A stretch of 64,000 nucleotides of DNA. Source: Callorhinchus milii (lineage: Eukaryota). Position 1 is the first letter of the stretch. Every line of letters begins with the position of its first letter. Made by a program: the position numbers and the translations under genes. The notes below the pieces were generated by a model. The model worked only from the letters and a program-made list of their open reading frames with translations, made no database searches and had not been told where the DNA came from. Positions 50,545 through 63,749 of the stretch are shown here, one piece after another. The stretch lies in contig NW_024704743.1 in assembly GCF_018977255.1 (NCBI RefSeq), positions 93,808,001 to 93,872,000 on the forward strand, read 5' to 3'.

Positions 50545-52429
50545 AATAATCAGCACTGCCTCTGTGAGCCAAGGGCCAAGACAGGCGAGGCTGGATCTAA
50601 GTAAACTTGTTCTAACACCACCAGTAGCAGCTTCACAATTCAACTTTCAAGACACTGCCATCTCTTTCATATCAGCAGTAGAATACTGGAAACTGGAAAA
50701 CCAACTTATTTTTAAACAGTTTTGACAGTGCCGTGCTTTGTGTTGAAATGACAGCATGCCGGTCACATTCCAGGGAGGAGGAATCATTCCTTATCTAATC
50801 AGGGAAAATCTGTTATCATGTGAAAAAGTACGCACACCACGTCTGTATCATGTTCACTCGTGCTTCACCCTCCAACCTGTGCGCACCAGACACATCACAG
50901 GTATTGCAGCATGTAGAGACCCAACAATGAACAAGGTGCTGCTGTGATAGAGGGTGAGTGGGGGGTGGGGGGTTACAATACTGTACTGTGCCTGAAATAA
51001 GCCAAACAATAATTATCCAGAGGTTTTTTCTCCCAAATTTGGCTATATACACCCATCCTCGCCAAGCTCCATTAGCTCTTTGTTCTGCAGCAGATTAACT
51101 TTAAGATCCAAGGCTTTACATTTAAATCCCTATAAGGTCTGGCCGCTCCCATATGTATGAAATCTCTTCTAGCCCTATTCCCCAACCTATTTGAAAGGGG
51201 TTAAATAAATACAACTGTGTAGTTGTGACATGGAATGGTACAGTCAAGACCTGTTTAAATTAATAACTTTCTTTACCACCTAATTACGTAGTTCTTTTCT
51301 GGCACCTTTTAAAGAATTTAAATATTAAATATTTCATAACAATGTGATATTCATCACTGGATAATAACTATCAAATGGTTTATCGGTGTCCTGTCCAACA
51401 ATCCCCAAATTGGTCTGTCACTTTGGATGTTTGTGGGACATTGCTGTGTGCAAATTGGCTGCCATTTTCACCCACAAAACACAGTCTTTACACTTTACAG
51501 CCCAAATGTGAAAGTTGTTATACCAAATGTAAGCATTATTATTAATTATTATTATTATTTCCCTTTAATTATCAATGGTGATAATTATCATATTAAATTG
51601 ATTAAGAAATTTTACATATTGCAGCCCATAGTTCCTTGTCCTTGTACCTGAGCTCTTGATTTGTTACACATGCACATCACCCTCCTCCATTTTTTCCTCC
51701 ATTTCTATTTGCTCTTGTCTGTCACCCTTATTTTGAAGCTTTTTTTTTGAGGGTCAGCCATATGTGTGACATGCAGTAACCCATTATCCTGCTTTAGGGT
51801 TCCAAATCTAGTGAGCCATAGACTTATGGTTTCTATTTGTCTGCTATGGAGTGCATATCGGGATTATTTACCTAATCCTAGAGTGTTTAAGCAACATTGA
51901 CAAGACCCAAGGTTTGGGACAAGAGAGTGTGCATTGGGTTATTGCTGGAGTTTAACCAATATTTTGAAGCTATCAAATTAGTCCCCTTGAAACATTGCAA
52001 AATGGATAGATTTCAGCAACAGACTAAAGAGTAAATAAAGGCTAAATAGGGTAATAAGCCTCTTGATAAAAGAGTAGAACGTAGGACAGCTAAGTCCTCG
52101 GCAGCTCAATTTCAGAATTTGTCTGCTCAAGCATTCTTCTTCATTGTTATTCTCCATTTCCGTGCAGCATGCGGGGAAGGTGTGATTAAGTAGCTTGCTT
52201 CAGCATTGGCCTTTGACAACATCGTTTTGATTTGACAAGCTCTTTTTATTAAGTTCACAGCTGCAAATGGAAGCGCTGACACAAATAATAATTTCAAGTC
52301 AACTGCCAAGAGCTTTCAACAGTAATATTGATGTATAAGCCCGTGCAACACATATCAACTGACTCATTCAGCCATTTCTAAGGTTTAGTCCTGCCTGCAA
52401 CTCAGGACAGAAAGTCTACAATAAATACA

Positions 52430-52856
52430 TAATAATAATAATAATAATCATTGCATTTGATAAAGCATTGACATTGTCAAAATGTTTCTCAGGGATTTGC
52501 TGTAACATGAAATAACTGTGCATTTGTTGGCAAAAACAGCAACTAATTTTCACACAGCAATGTCCCACGAATAGCCACAAAGTAAACGATTAATTTTATC
52601 TGTAGGATTATTGCCCAGGACACACTCCCTTCTCTTTTTGAATAGTGCCATGGGATCTTTAACATTCTTCAGAACAGGTAGATGGGATCTTGGTTTACCA
52701 TCTCATCCAAAGGACAAAGACCTCCAACAATACAACTCTCCCTCAGAAACACAATGGAGAATCAATGAGATGAGCTCCAAGTCCAGGACGTGGGTCTTGA
52801 ACCTCAATAATCTGATCCAGAAGCAATAATACTATTACCAACTGAGCTAGGCTGCA
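52430..52856 (-). mobile_element. SacSINE1-like Deu-SINE
   Basis: tttgaatagtgccatgggatctttaacat..taccaactgagctaggctg. Confidence 0.8.
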
Positions 52857-54380
52857 CACACACATTGGGACTATTAAAAACCTGACTGTTAAACACTGAT
52901 AGCCTAACTGAGATGGATGGGGGGAGATAATCTATCTGAGTTGGAGGGGAGGGAGGTAGTTGTCTGGCTGCTACTTTGAACAAGTACAATTCCTATCAAT
53001 TACAGTGATGCACTGAGCATTCACAGGTTTATGCACACTGTTGTTTTGTTTTCTCCTAGTGTAATCCTGAAACCGCCCCCAGAAGTTTGCAAGATTCCAA
53101 AATGTTCTAACTGCATATGTGTGGAGATTAGAGTAAAGACAGGAGCCCTAATATTCGAGTGGTCTCGCATTTTGGTTTGGGGCCTAACTGAGTGAGTTCC
53201 AACAGTTGTTTGCTAATCCACTGAATGCAAGCCACTGAAACCAGTTACTACCACTTAACTTGACACCTCATGCTGCTCAACGATGGAGAACTTGTACTGT
53301 TAGGTGGAGAAATTGAAGGGTGCTCTCTCCAAGGGGAAAGATATAATGGGAAGGGAGAAAGGAGAAAAGAAGCAATCAACTATGACAGCATTGATAAAGT
53401 GAACTTACATCTGAAAAAAAACAGTCACTACACTTCATAATTATTGACATAAGGCAATTTGAGATTTTTCAACATTATAAGGCTATAAAAATTCAAGGTC
53501 TTTCTTAGAACCAAACTTTCAATTATGATTTATAGCAGCCAGAACACAAGGGGAAGGAGCTAATAAATGGCCGATTCAGAGAGAATCAGGGTGCGGGTCA
53601 AAGAGCAGAGCTTCAGTCACACAAGAACATTACTGATTGTTCTTCAGGAATAATTAAAGCAACAAATAAATCAAAGAACATACATTGCAATAGTACAAGG
53701 AGAAGAAATACGTTTGCACAGGGACCCAGATGTTTGCTGTCCGCCACTTTAACTTCTATAAATCATGAAAAGAATGGCAGAAATGGGAACAATAATCCTT
53801 CCATGCATGATTTGTAAATAATAGTGTAATACAAAATCTAGCATTACTGTCATCCCATGTATGAGGTCCATATTAATCTTTTATGTCTCTGACAACAAGT
53901 TGGCAGCAACTGAAAAATGAATGATTGACCTTTGGATATGAAGTGTAAGAAACGTTTCAGGATAACAAATAGACATTTTTGTAAGAAAAGTTGTGCATGA
54001 CATCTTCCTTTTTCATACTTATGAAAAAATATTTTTTAAATAAATTCTGTGAGGACTGACAAAATAGACCTCGTGTTCAATTGTTTATTCTAAAGTTGTT
54101 TTGCTCCCAGCTGTATGGCGATATGGACTGACAAACCTGAAATGCTACCCATGTAGCATTGCATTAATGTAGAATTCATAGAATTATACAGCACAGAAGG
54201 AAGCCATTTGGCTCATCGTGCCCATCCATTTTGGGTAGATTATGAGTGCTATGTAAATTAAGTTTGAAATAAGTACATGTATTCCATCTCTGACAAGCAG
54301 GCAGGGCCACAATCATTGTATTCATTTTTATATTTAATATAAAGCTACATATTCCATAAGTTCTCAAACAGTTGCAGACC

Positions 54381-54822
54381 AACAACAACAACAACAACAA
54401 GATTCCATTTATTGAGCGCCTTTCACGTCGGGAGGACGTCCCAAGGTGCTGTACAGTTGGGTCAGGACCCGAGCAAGGGGGAAATGGTCAGGGTGAGGGG
54501 AGGGAAGGGAGGGAGAGAGGAGGGGGTAGAGAGTCGAGAGGGGAGTTGAAGGCACGGTCCAAGAGAAAGGTCTTGAGACCGGCCTTGAAGGAGGAAAGGG
54601 AGGAGGCAAGGCGAAGGCACTGGGGGATGGAGTTCCAGAGCCTAGGGGCTGAGAGGCTGAAGGCCACCAATGGTAGGGCGGTTGGGGCAGGGGATGTGGA
54701 GCAGACCGGAGCCAGAGGAACGGAGGGTACGGGCAGGTAGGTAGGGGGATAGTAGATCGGAGAGGTAGGAGGGAGTAAGGCCGTGAATGGCCTTGTAGGT
54801 GAGGATGAGGATCTTGAATTCA
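54381..54822 (-). mobile_element. Young L2 3' fragment
   Basis: Encodes EFKILILTYKAIHGLTPSYLSDLL and APRLWNSIP..FKAGLKTFL; (TTG)n tail. Confidence 0.94.
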
Positions 54823-55158
54823 ACAATGGGCCTAAGAAGAATTTGCAAATTCCTGGGGATAAGTTTATGCATTTCAGTGACATTGGCCAAGCATATTGGT
54901 TATTTGTATACAGTATATAGTTAATTTATGCAAGAATGTTTTTGATTTGTCCAACCAATATAATTAAGAAAAATAGTACAACCTATACTAGGAGAAAATG
55001 GTGCTCGTGTTGCAGAAGACGTCATATAAAAAATGAAAAACTACAACCTGTTTTGTAAGATTTACTTGCTTTTAAATGCCCACTTCACAAAAGAGGTGAT
55101 TAGGACACAGAAAACCAACAATTCACCAGGTTTATTTATAATCTATTCCAAATAGATA

Positions 55159-55482
55159 GTGGAGTCCTGTAGCTCAGTGGTTAGAGCACTCACCTTGCAA
55201 GCGAGACACCTGGGTTCAATTCCAGGCAGGGCAAAACCTTGGGCAAGTTTCCTTACTCCACACGCCTAATAATAATCCCTCCAAAAAAATAAATAAATAA
55301 TAAATTGGTCATTTTCAATCCACGACTGTTTGTAGGACACTGCTGTGCACAATTGGCTGCCGCGTTTCGCCCACAAATATACAGTCAATTCACTTTACAG
55401 TATATTCTGTGAAGTGCTTTGAGACATCCAGAAGACATAAAAAGCACTGTATCAAATGCAAGGAATTTTATTATTATTATTA
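55159..55482 (+). mobile_element. tRNA-Ala-derived SINE, full length, short form
   Basis: A and B boxes, ttgcaa anticodon loop, Deu-like body, tail. Confidence 0.95.
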
Positions 55483-55487
55483 TCCAG

Positions 55488-56045
55488 CTTTTGAAAGAGC
55501 TATCCAAATTAATCCCATTCCCCGCGCTCTCCCTTGCAAATTTGTCCTCCTCAAATATCTATCCACTTCTCACTTGAAAGTTGTTATCCAATCTGCTTCA
55601 ACCACCCTTTCAGGCAATGCATTCCAGATCTGAACTACTCTGGAATGCACTACTCTCTGTGTGAAAAAATGTCTCCTCTCTGGTTCTTTTAACAACTATC
55701 TTAACTCTGTGTTCTCTGGTAACCGACCCACCCGCCAGTGAAAACAGTTTCTCCTTGTTCATCCTATCGAATCCTCTCATAATTTTGAAAACTTCTATTA
55801 AGTCTCCTCTTAACCTTCTCTGCTCCAAGGAGAATAATCCTAGCTTCTTTAGCCTCTCCTGATAACTGAAGTCCCTCATTCCTGGTTCCATCCTGGTAAA
55901 TCTCCTTTGCACCCTCTCCAATGCCTTGACATCCTTCCTAAAGTGTAGTGCCCAGAACTGAACACAGTACTCTAGCTGAGGCCTAACCAGTGTTTTATAA
56001 AGGTTCATCATAACCTCCTTACTTTTGTATTCTATGCCTCTAAAG
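55488..56045 (-). mobile_element. CR1 LINE 3' fragment (ORF2 C-terminus and 3'UTR)
   Basis: Encodes RGIEYKSKEVMMNLYKTLVRPQLEYCVQFW..LERVQRRFTRM..LGLFSLEQRRLRGDLIEVFKIM. Confidence 0.96.
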
Positions 56046-57039
56046 ACTGCAAACAGCAGATAATTGATAATTGATAAAACAGATAATTGATATTCTGTGA
56101 AGTTCACTGACAAAATACACAAGCATTACACTTGACAGTAAACTTGTGAGGCTCTTTAAGATGTTTGGACAATATGATACAGCACCACATCAAATGCAAG
56201 ATAATCCCTGCTCCCAGTGACTGTGCTTCCCCTCTAAGTCCTGCCAATGACCCAAACTGGTTGATCTGTCATCAGCAGTACCCTGGAGTACTGCAGACCC
56301 ACCTGGTTAAGGAACTGGACTACCAAGACCACACATTTCTCAACAAAAGATAAAACTTTTAACAATTAGAATATGTTAGACCCACGGCCCCATTTTGTTC
56401 ACATGCTTTAGGGAAACAGTCTGAAACAGAAGAGATACAATTTCACCCTGAAACGTAGCATTGTAGTCACTCGAGGACTGCCGTTGACTTTCCTTTGATT
56501 TGATTCTCCGCTACATGAATATCTTTGAACAAACCTGCAGAGGGACAAGATGGGAATAGAGAGAAGGAAGCGAGTGAGAGAAAGCTAGAAAGACACATGG
56601 AGACAAACAGTAGGCAGAGACTCGTTCACAAAGCACATTTATGCTTGTTACTAACAGTTCACTCCTGTAGATTTTTGTTCCCAAATAATAATAATAATCG
56701 TTACATTTGATATAGCGCCTTATCACGTCTTCGAGACATCTCAAAGTACCTCACAGAATATACTGGAAAGAAGAGGCAGTTGAAAATAGTGAAGTGGCCG
56801 ATCCCTGGGTGGGTAGGAGGGAGGGAGCTTATTTCATCCACAAAATATATAGTCAATTCACTTTACACTATATTCTGTGAAGCCCAAAGAGTGAATTGAC
56901 TATATATTTTGTGGATGAAATAAGCTCCTTCTCCCCCTCTCCCACCGGCCACTTTACTAGTTACAAACTAATTTACAAAAGGCACTGACTAGTTTGGAAA
57001 AAAACACTGCATTGCATAACAAGTGCATCTTGGTCAATA

Positions 57040-57378
57040 TATTTTCAACTGCCTCTTCTCCTGAAGATTCAGGTTCTGGCTGGGGAACAGAACCACAGGC
57101 AGCAGCAGCTCATTGCTAGCTCAGCCCGTTGCTCACTCTTCCTGCGTGAGCCTCAGCAGTGAGTGTTGGCAGATCGTTTGGCCACAGAAGCCATCATAGC
57201 AATGCTTAATTCTTTCCTCATCTGACACCCACACACTTTCCAGCAGTCACTGGATAATAGTCAGGAATGGGAACTATTCCTGATTTTTTTCCCCTATAGC
57301 CCAGATACCGGATTCCTCACCTATACCAGGGCCAATTTTGTCCCCCAGTGCTGTTCCAGCTCAGAGATCAGCTAACTA
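57040..57378 (-). mobile_element. Old SINE-like repeat of a third family (related pieces near 10120-10300, 12640-12750, 15225-15370)
   Basis: Shared gtcactgga.aat..tcaggaat.ggaac with 10127-10155 and ctgatttt.cccct with 15323-15340. Family not named. Confidence 0.55.
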
Positions 57379-57489
57379 TACTGTCAGTATAATTTATAAT
57401 AATGGTCAAACTAATTTACAAAAGACACTAACTGGTTTGGAAACACACATCACATAACATAACAAGTGCAACATTGCCTGGCTCCGCCA

Positions 57490-57866
57490 TTGTCTCTCAC
57501 TGCAGGCCGCCGAGACCCTCATCAACACATTCACTACATCCAAGCTTGACTACGCAAACTTCCTGCTTGTCGGCCTCTCAAACTCCTCACTCCAGAGGCT
57601 GCAAATCATTCAGAACTCAGCAGCTCGTGTCCTCTACCCCAGAGGGCTCTACGGTCCTTTCACCCCCTTCCTTGCCCGGCTCCATTGGCTCCTCGTCATA
57701 CAGACCATGCCTTTGATCACCTTCCTATCCCTACCCTCCCAGCCCTCTACCCCTCTTGATTCCAACCTCCAGCTCAAGTGTGGATCCCTGACTATCCAGC
57801 GCCTTGGCAGGATAGTTCTTCCTAACGTGAAAGGTGCTATACAAATGTAATTTCTTGTTGTTGTTG
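57490..57866 (+). mobile_element. L2 3' fragment with internal deletion
   Basis: caggccgccgagaccctcat..cagaactcagcagctcgtgtcc; tail acgtgaaaggtgctatacaaatg..(TTG)n. Confidence 0.87.
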
Positions 57867-58008
57867 TCAGTGCCTACTGTGTCTCACTTTGGGTTAGTAT
57901 ACTTATTAATGTTGTATTCTTTAAATTGCTTATTCGGTTCAAAGTTAATTCATTGGTCATTCACTGTGGTGTACAAATTGGCTCTGGGTCCTGGACTCAA
58001 GGGTGGAG

Positions 58009-58610
58009 GCAGGCCGCCGAAACCCTCATACATTACATCCAGGCTCGACTATGCCAAAGTCCTGCTTGTTGCCCTCCCCAACTCTTCCCTCATCCAGAAC
58101 TCTGCAGCTCGTGTCCTCTTCCGCACCAGGCTCCGTGACCCCCATCACCCCGATCCTCGCCCGGCTCCACTGGCTCTCCATCCCTCAGAGGATTGAGTTC
58201 AAAATTTTCATCCTCACCTTCAAGGTCCTCCATGGCCTTGTCCCCTCCTACCTCTCCGACCTGCTAACCGCCTATTAACTTGTCCATTCCCTCTCCGCAG
58301 CAGGCTCCGGCCTGCTCCATGTCCACCGACTGCCCAGCCCCACCATTGGCAGTTGGGCCTTCAGCTTCTTTGTCCCCACCCTCTGGAAATCCATCCCACA
58401 ATCCCTTCACTTCACTCCCTCCCTTGCGTCCTTCAAGGCACGCCTCAAGACCTCCTCTTCATTCTTGCCTTTGGCCACCCTCCAATCCTCTCTGTCCTCC
58501 ACCCTCCCTGATCCCTTCCCCACCCCCCCGCTCGGATCCCAATCCCTAACTGTTCAACGCCTTGGGATATCCTCCCTATGTGAAAGGTGCTTTACAAATG
58601 TAATTTTGTA
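58009..58610 (+). mobile_element. L2 3' fragment
   Basis: Encodes PITPILARLHWLSIPQRIEFKIFILTFKVLHGLVPSYLSDLL. Confidence 0.93.
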
Positions 58611-58614
58611 TTGT

Positions 58615-58830
58615 ATCCACCTGAACAGGCAAATGGTTTAATCTTAACCTTGGTTTAATCTCTCAGTTGTAGGATGACACTGGCAATCAGACAGTGCACA
58701 ACCCCCGCCGCCCGCCCTCACGCACTGCATTGGAGCATCAGCCTATGAGGTTAAAAACCCAACATGGGGTTTGAACTATGATCTTCATGGCTCAGGACCA
58801 AGTTTCCTACCAATTTAGCCAGGTTGACAC
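58615..58830 (-). mobile_element. SacSINE1-like 5' half
   Basis: tccacctgaacaggca..taccaatttagccaggttgacac. Confidence 0.7.
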
Positions 58831-59489
58831 CTTAACATAAGGAATTGCCCCAAGAGTACACCGATGAAGCTGGTTAAAGCTACAAACAAACATCACAGTA
58901 GAAGTTTAGTCAGGACCTGGGAGCCCTGATAGGTATTAACTTTAAACATTGTCAGTATATTACAGGCAAAAGAGGACTTAATACAAGGAAATGTTGTGTT
59001 CAGGGCAGAACAAAAGAAACAGATTTACAGAGAAAATAGATGGGATTTGAGTTCTGGTACTTCTAAGTTAAGAGAAAAATCAGACTTTAAAACCTACGCT
59101 TCAGTCTCCTCCTGCTGGAGGTTTTGTTGGTTCAAAGTTAAAAGTGAGTCACCTAATTCACAACCAGAGGCTGAGAAAATGCACTTTTATTTTCATCTCA
59201 GAGTCACAATAAACTTACTGCATCATTCTGCTGCAAAATAAACAAAGGATAAATAGAAAGAGGAGATCATAAATTCTAGAGAAAAAAGACTCCTCACATT
59301 CTATTTAGCCTTGCTCCTTCCTGGCTTATCAGAAATTAGCCTAGCGAAGCCTAGCTTGTTGCTGACAGCACTGGACACGTTCTGACAGCCTGTAGTTCAT
59401 ATGGTCTCCACCTTTTAATGCAGAATAATCAAGATGATTGTTTCAGGCTGCACCACTGATGCTTGAAAGATGCTGTGTTTCACATATTA

Positions 59490-59835
59490 ATATAATAATA
59501 ATAATAATAATAATCCTTGCATTTGACATAACGCCTTTCACATCGGGAGACTGTCTTAAGATTTTACAATGAAGTGTATCAACTGTGAGTTTTGTAGGCA
59601 AACCCAGCAGATAACTTAGGCATAGTAATGTCCCACAAACATCCATGAAAAAAACGATCATTTTATCTGGGCAATTGTAGGCCAGGACACCGGCGAAAAC
59701 CCTCTTCTCATTTCAAATAATGCCACAGAATCTTTAAGGCCCACCTGAACAGGCAGATAAGTCCTCGCTATCCTTATGCAAAGGAGAGCATCTCCAACAA
59801 TGCATCATCAGAGCACTGCATCAGAATGTCAGCTA
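59490..59835 (-). mobile_element. SacSINE1-like Deu-SINE
   Basis: (TTA)n tail, tgtcccacaaac, ggccaggacaccgg, ccacctgaacaggcagat. Confidence 0.8.
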
Positions 59836-61791
59836 AGGGCATATGGGAGAAGAGCAACAGGAAAGGTTCTGGAGTTTAAGACTAAGCAGGGTGGATTTGC
59901 TTCCATTGGAGAAAGGAATACAATATAATTTACATTTATATCGGGTTTTTCTCATTGAAAGGACATCCCAAAGTGCATAGTGAAGGCCCCCGGTCATTAA
60001 ATTGTGAGAAGATTCAGATATACAAAAGGATTTGGCTTGAGCTAAAGGGTTAAGAACTGCAGGATGCAAATTTCGGATTATTGATCTTCCAGCAAGTTAA
60101 GAGATAATAGGGTAAAAATTGTGATGTATGATGTGATGATTATCAGATTGTTGAATCTATAACTATTGACTGGTCTGTCGGTACACCCCCTATCACCTAT
60201 GTCACTGAATTTGGCACAATGATTTGGCTTCAAGGAACCATTCATACCTCAACACTTGGGTGCACATCAGATTAAAATACAGAAGCTATCTTTTAATTTA
60301 CTCACTCATCCACATTCAGCACTAACAGTGACAAAGAAATTCATAGCATAGGCCTTCCCTTCAAAATGGTAAAGTGGAAAGGGAACAATATAATAACTAT
60401 AATTAATAATAATAACTTGCACTTATACAGTGCCTTTCACATAAGATTAATGCCCCAAAACACTTTGCAAAATTGAGTGGAAAGGAAAGTGAATATTGTT
60501 ATGTTGTTATTGGCAAATGAGATAGGCAATTTGTGCCAGCAAAGTCCCATAAACAATGAGTAGTCAATTAATTTGAATTTACATGTAAATTTGGTTGATG
60601 AATCTAAGTCAGGATAACAGGCAATATGGGGAATAAAACAGATAATCTTAAAAAAAATGTTTGGGAGCAAAACTTTATGTTTAGGGAAGGAAAAAAGACG
60701 CACAAGAACAAGTGGAAAAAGTTTGTCATTGCTTCGGACTGACCAGTACACCCAGCCTGGGTCAGAAGTAACCTCAGTAAACAGTCAGGATCATTCAGAA
60801 GAGTTCATTTCAGAGGTAAGCAATGCTCCTGAAAAGGCCTTCATCAACTTCAGCTCCTTTTACTCCAAATCTGTGAAGCAATTGCTATTAATTCTAATGG
60901 AATCTTTTTTACACACTGTTTTTTGCTCTGACATGCAATAGATAACAACAAACTGATGAATAAGGAGAAGGATTGCTTCACAGGATGTGTTTGGCTAGAA
61001 CAGGTCACTCTATACACCTTCTGCTAAGACATTTTCCAAGTTTCCGTCATGCTGTAACAATTAAAAAGTTTATTGGCAGAAGCCCAGCGTTTGTCACTGC
61101 TGTGTCCACATGTGCCGTGCACCAGGCATTCCTGTCGCAGCAGCAGGGGCAGAGACGGAGGTTGGCCCTGCAGGATGCAGGACAATACTGGGAAGGAAAA
61201 GGAGGGAACCCTGGACCTTGGGCTGAGGCCTGCCGGCAAGCTGCATGACCTCCGTGCCTCGACCAGTCACAAGAACAAAATTCTTGGAAGCTGAAACGGT
61301 CACAAGTGAAAACAATAAAAGAGATTCTTTCAACTGCAGATACATAAACACTGAATAAGCTGTTTCTGCTTCACGTGTTCTCAGAGAAAGATGACCACGT
61401 TATTCTGGGCATGAATAACCTTTTGTTTCTATCTTGAATACGAGCATTCCATAAATTAAAAGCATCACTCCTTCCTTTTAAAGTAATCTAGTTTGCAGTA
61501 ATTGGATTTGATCGGGGATGATCTTATTAGTTTGAATGCGGATGGAAAGATGCAAACACGAAGCACCTTGCTTAGCAGCTCAGAGTCATCTGATCATTTT
61601 ATAAGTTAGTCATTCATGCCTTTCTTATTGGTATCATCTTCCGACATATTGTTTTTTTTGACAAGTTTCTGACTGCTTCATTGGCTCGGTTATAAAGTTG
61701 GTTACAAAGAATCATTTCTTCAGATCCACCAATGGCCTGTGGGGTAACAGTGCAATGCAATACTCCGACAAATAGATGGGAATCTTGTATG

Positions 61792-62040
61792 ACCAGATGG
61801 ACATTAAAGATCCTATGGCACTATTCAAAAAGTGAAGAGAGCTTCTACAATCTGCCAAATAAAATTGGTCATTCATTCCATTGCTATTTGTGCGACATTC
61901 CTGTGTGCAAACTGGCTGCTGTGTTTCACCCACAAAATACCCACAAAAAGTTTACTCGCTCAACTTTACAGTACATACTGTGAAATATTTGAGACATGTT
62001 GATGACACAATAAGATGCTACAAATGTAAGGATTATTGTT
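61792..62040 (+). mobile_element. SacSINE1-like 3' half
   Basis: gatggacattaaagatcctatggcactattcaaaa..tgtgtgcaaactggctgctgtgtttc. Confidence 0.78.
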
Positions 62041-62439
62041 ACTGTCACCTCTGTTCTCTTTACCGTCACCTCCAGCTATTCTTACATAGTTCCACTCAAT
62101 GATCAGGAAGCAAATTAAAGAAGCTCATGAGATCAGAAAAAAATGGCATTATCTAGAAGAATGATTCCATCCCCTGAGGAGTAGTTAACTCAATGGAAAT
62201 ACATGAAAACATCCCCAGGCTGGAACAATCAATTGTTTGGGTCAGAATGACCCCAGTATAAAATATTGTTTGAGACTCAAGTTACATCTTAAAGTGGGCA
62301 GTTTATTATGGTATCTGCTCTGTTAATTTATTTTTCAATGTCTTGAGGCACTGCACTTACAAAATGGATTATAATCTTTGATTCAAAGTGCTTTAATTGG
62401 CAAAGAAAATGCACTAAAAGAATTCACGATTGTAGGAGA

Positions 62440-62662
62440 AAGTTGGGTTATCTTCCTGACCAACAATTCTCCAGATAAAATTGGTCAATCATTTCAAGAC
62501 TGTTTGTAGATCATGGCTGAGCCCAAATTGCCTGCCGCGTTGACCTACAAAATACGCAGTCACTACACTTTTACAGTAAACTCTGAGAAACACTTTGGGA
62601 CATCTTCGTGAGTTGAAAGGCGCTATACTGAACGAAAGAGCTATTAAGTTCAGGATTATTAT
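62440..62662 (+). mobile_element. Deu-SINE 3' half
   Basis: gactgtttgt..aaattgcctgccgcgtt..cagtcactacactt..gaaaggcgctata. Confidence 0.75.
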
Positions 62663-63749
62663 GTTCACAAAATTGTAGAAGTTGTTGTCCACAAGATTTT
62701 TGTGAGAAAAAGATGGGATGGGGGTAACATTTTTTTCATTAAGGTGAGAGGTCTCGTTGCTGGGGAACAGAACAAACACATTTTGGAAATCCAGTGTCAC
62801 AAACAAACACTCTCAGATCAGGTGCAAACTAAAGCTTGCTCTATTCTGCTCGATGAGCCTCAGACCATGAGCTTCTGCTGCACTAATGTTCCACATAGCT
62901 AACCTTATGTGACTGCTGAGTGAGTGTCAGGAATCTAATTGGAGTTACATTATGAGAACTTTTGTAGTCAGCTGATGTTACCAAGGATTGAGGTAGCTTA
63001 AAGTCATTTCAAGTATAGCTCTTGCAGCCAACAAACTGAGACTCATTCTGGGTTGAATTTGAATGATGAGTTGTAGAGGTGAAGTAACAGTTTGCAACAT
63101 CAACACCTAAACTCCAATGGCTCTTTAACTTAAGCCCAAATATCTTTTCACCCCCCCCCCCCCCCCATTTGTGTATAGTCTCTCTGAGCTGCAAAAATAT
63201 GGGAAGAAAATATGCATTGTTCGGGTCTTTGAATAATGCAATCAGGGCAATATTCAATAACCTGAGCCTCAACGAGCCCACAAAAAAACTTTCACAACCA
63301 ATTTTGAAACATTCAGAGTATAATGCTTCAATCTAGCAGGTTCCAGCTCCACAAAGGACAGTAATTCCAGAGCTTCAGTCATAGGTACATCCAGCAGTGA
63401 AACCATGTACACTTGTTCTGAAGTGCCAAGCTTGTTGGAAAAAAAATTGTCTTTATAATAATAATACTTGCATTTGATATATTTAATACTGAACCTAGTA
63501 TTTAGTTAGCAAGCGAACTTAGCAAGTGCTCTGTGATGCTGCCCTGCATGAGGGGCACTATATCAAAGAAAGTTGTTGTTGTTGAACCTACTACCACTAA
63601 CATATAGCATATAGAACCATTTCCTTTCACTGCAATGTAAGATATCACAGCTCAGATTAAATCTTGCTTAGGTTTTAACACCTGTGGTCATTTAAAATCA
63701 AACCCTATATCCTCTCTATGTCATGCTTTCTGCAGCACAATAACTTCTT

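Noticed and set aside
55159..55232. tRNA-Ala(TGC)-like sequences here and at 1668, 27146, 28585, 33776, 36300 and 37255
   Set aside because: Each runs directly into a SINE body and L2-type tail, so they are SINE heads and not tRNA genes.
55610..56122. 170-aa ORF as a functional reverse transcriptase
   Set aside because: It is only the C-terminal part of a 5'-truncated CR1 ORF2 and lacks the catalytic core.
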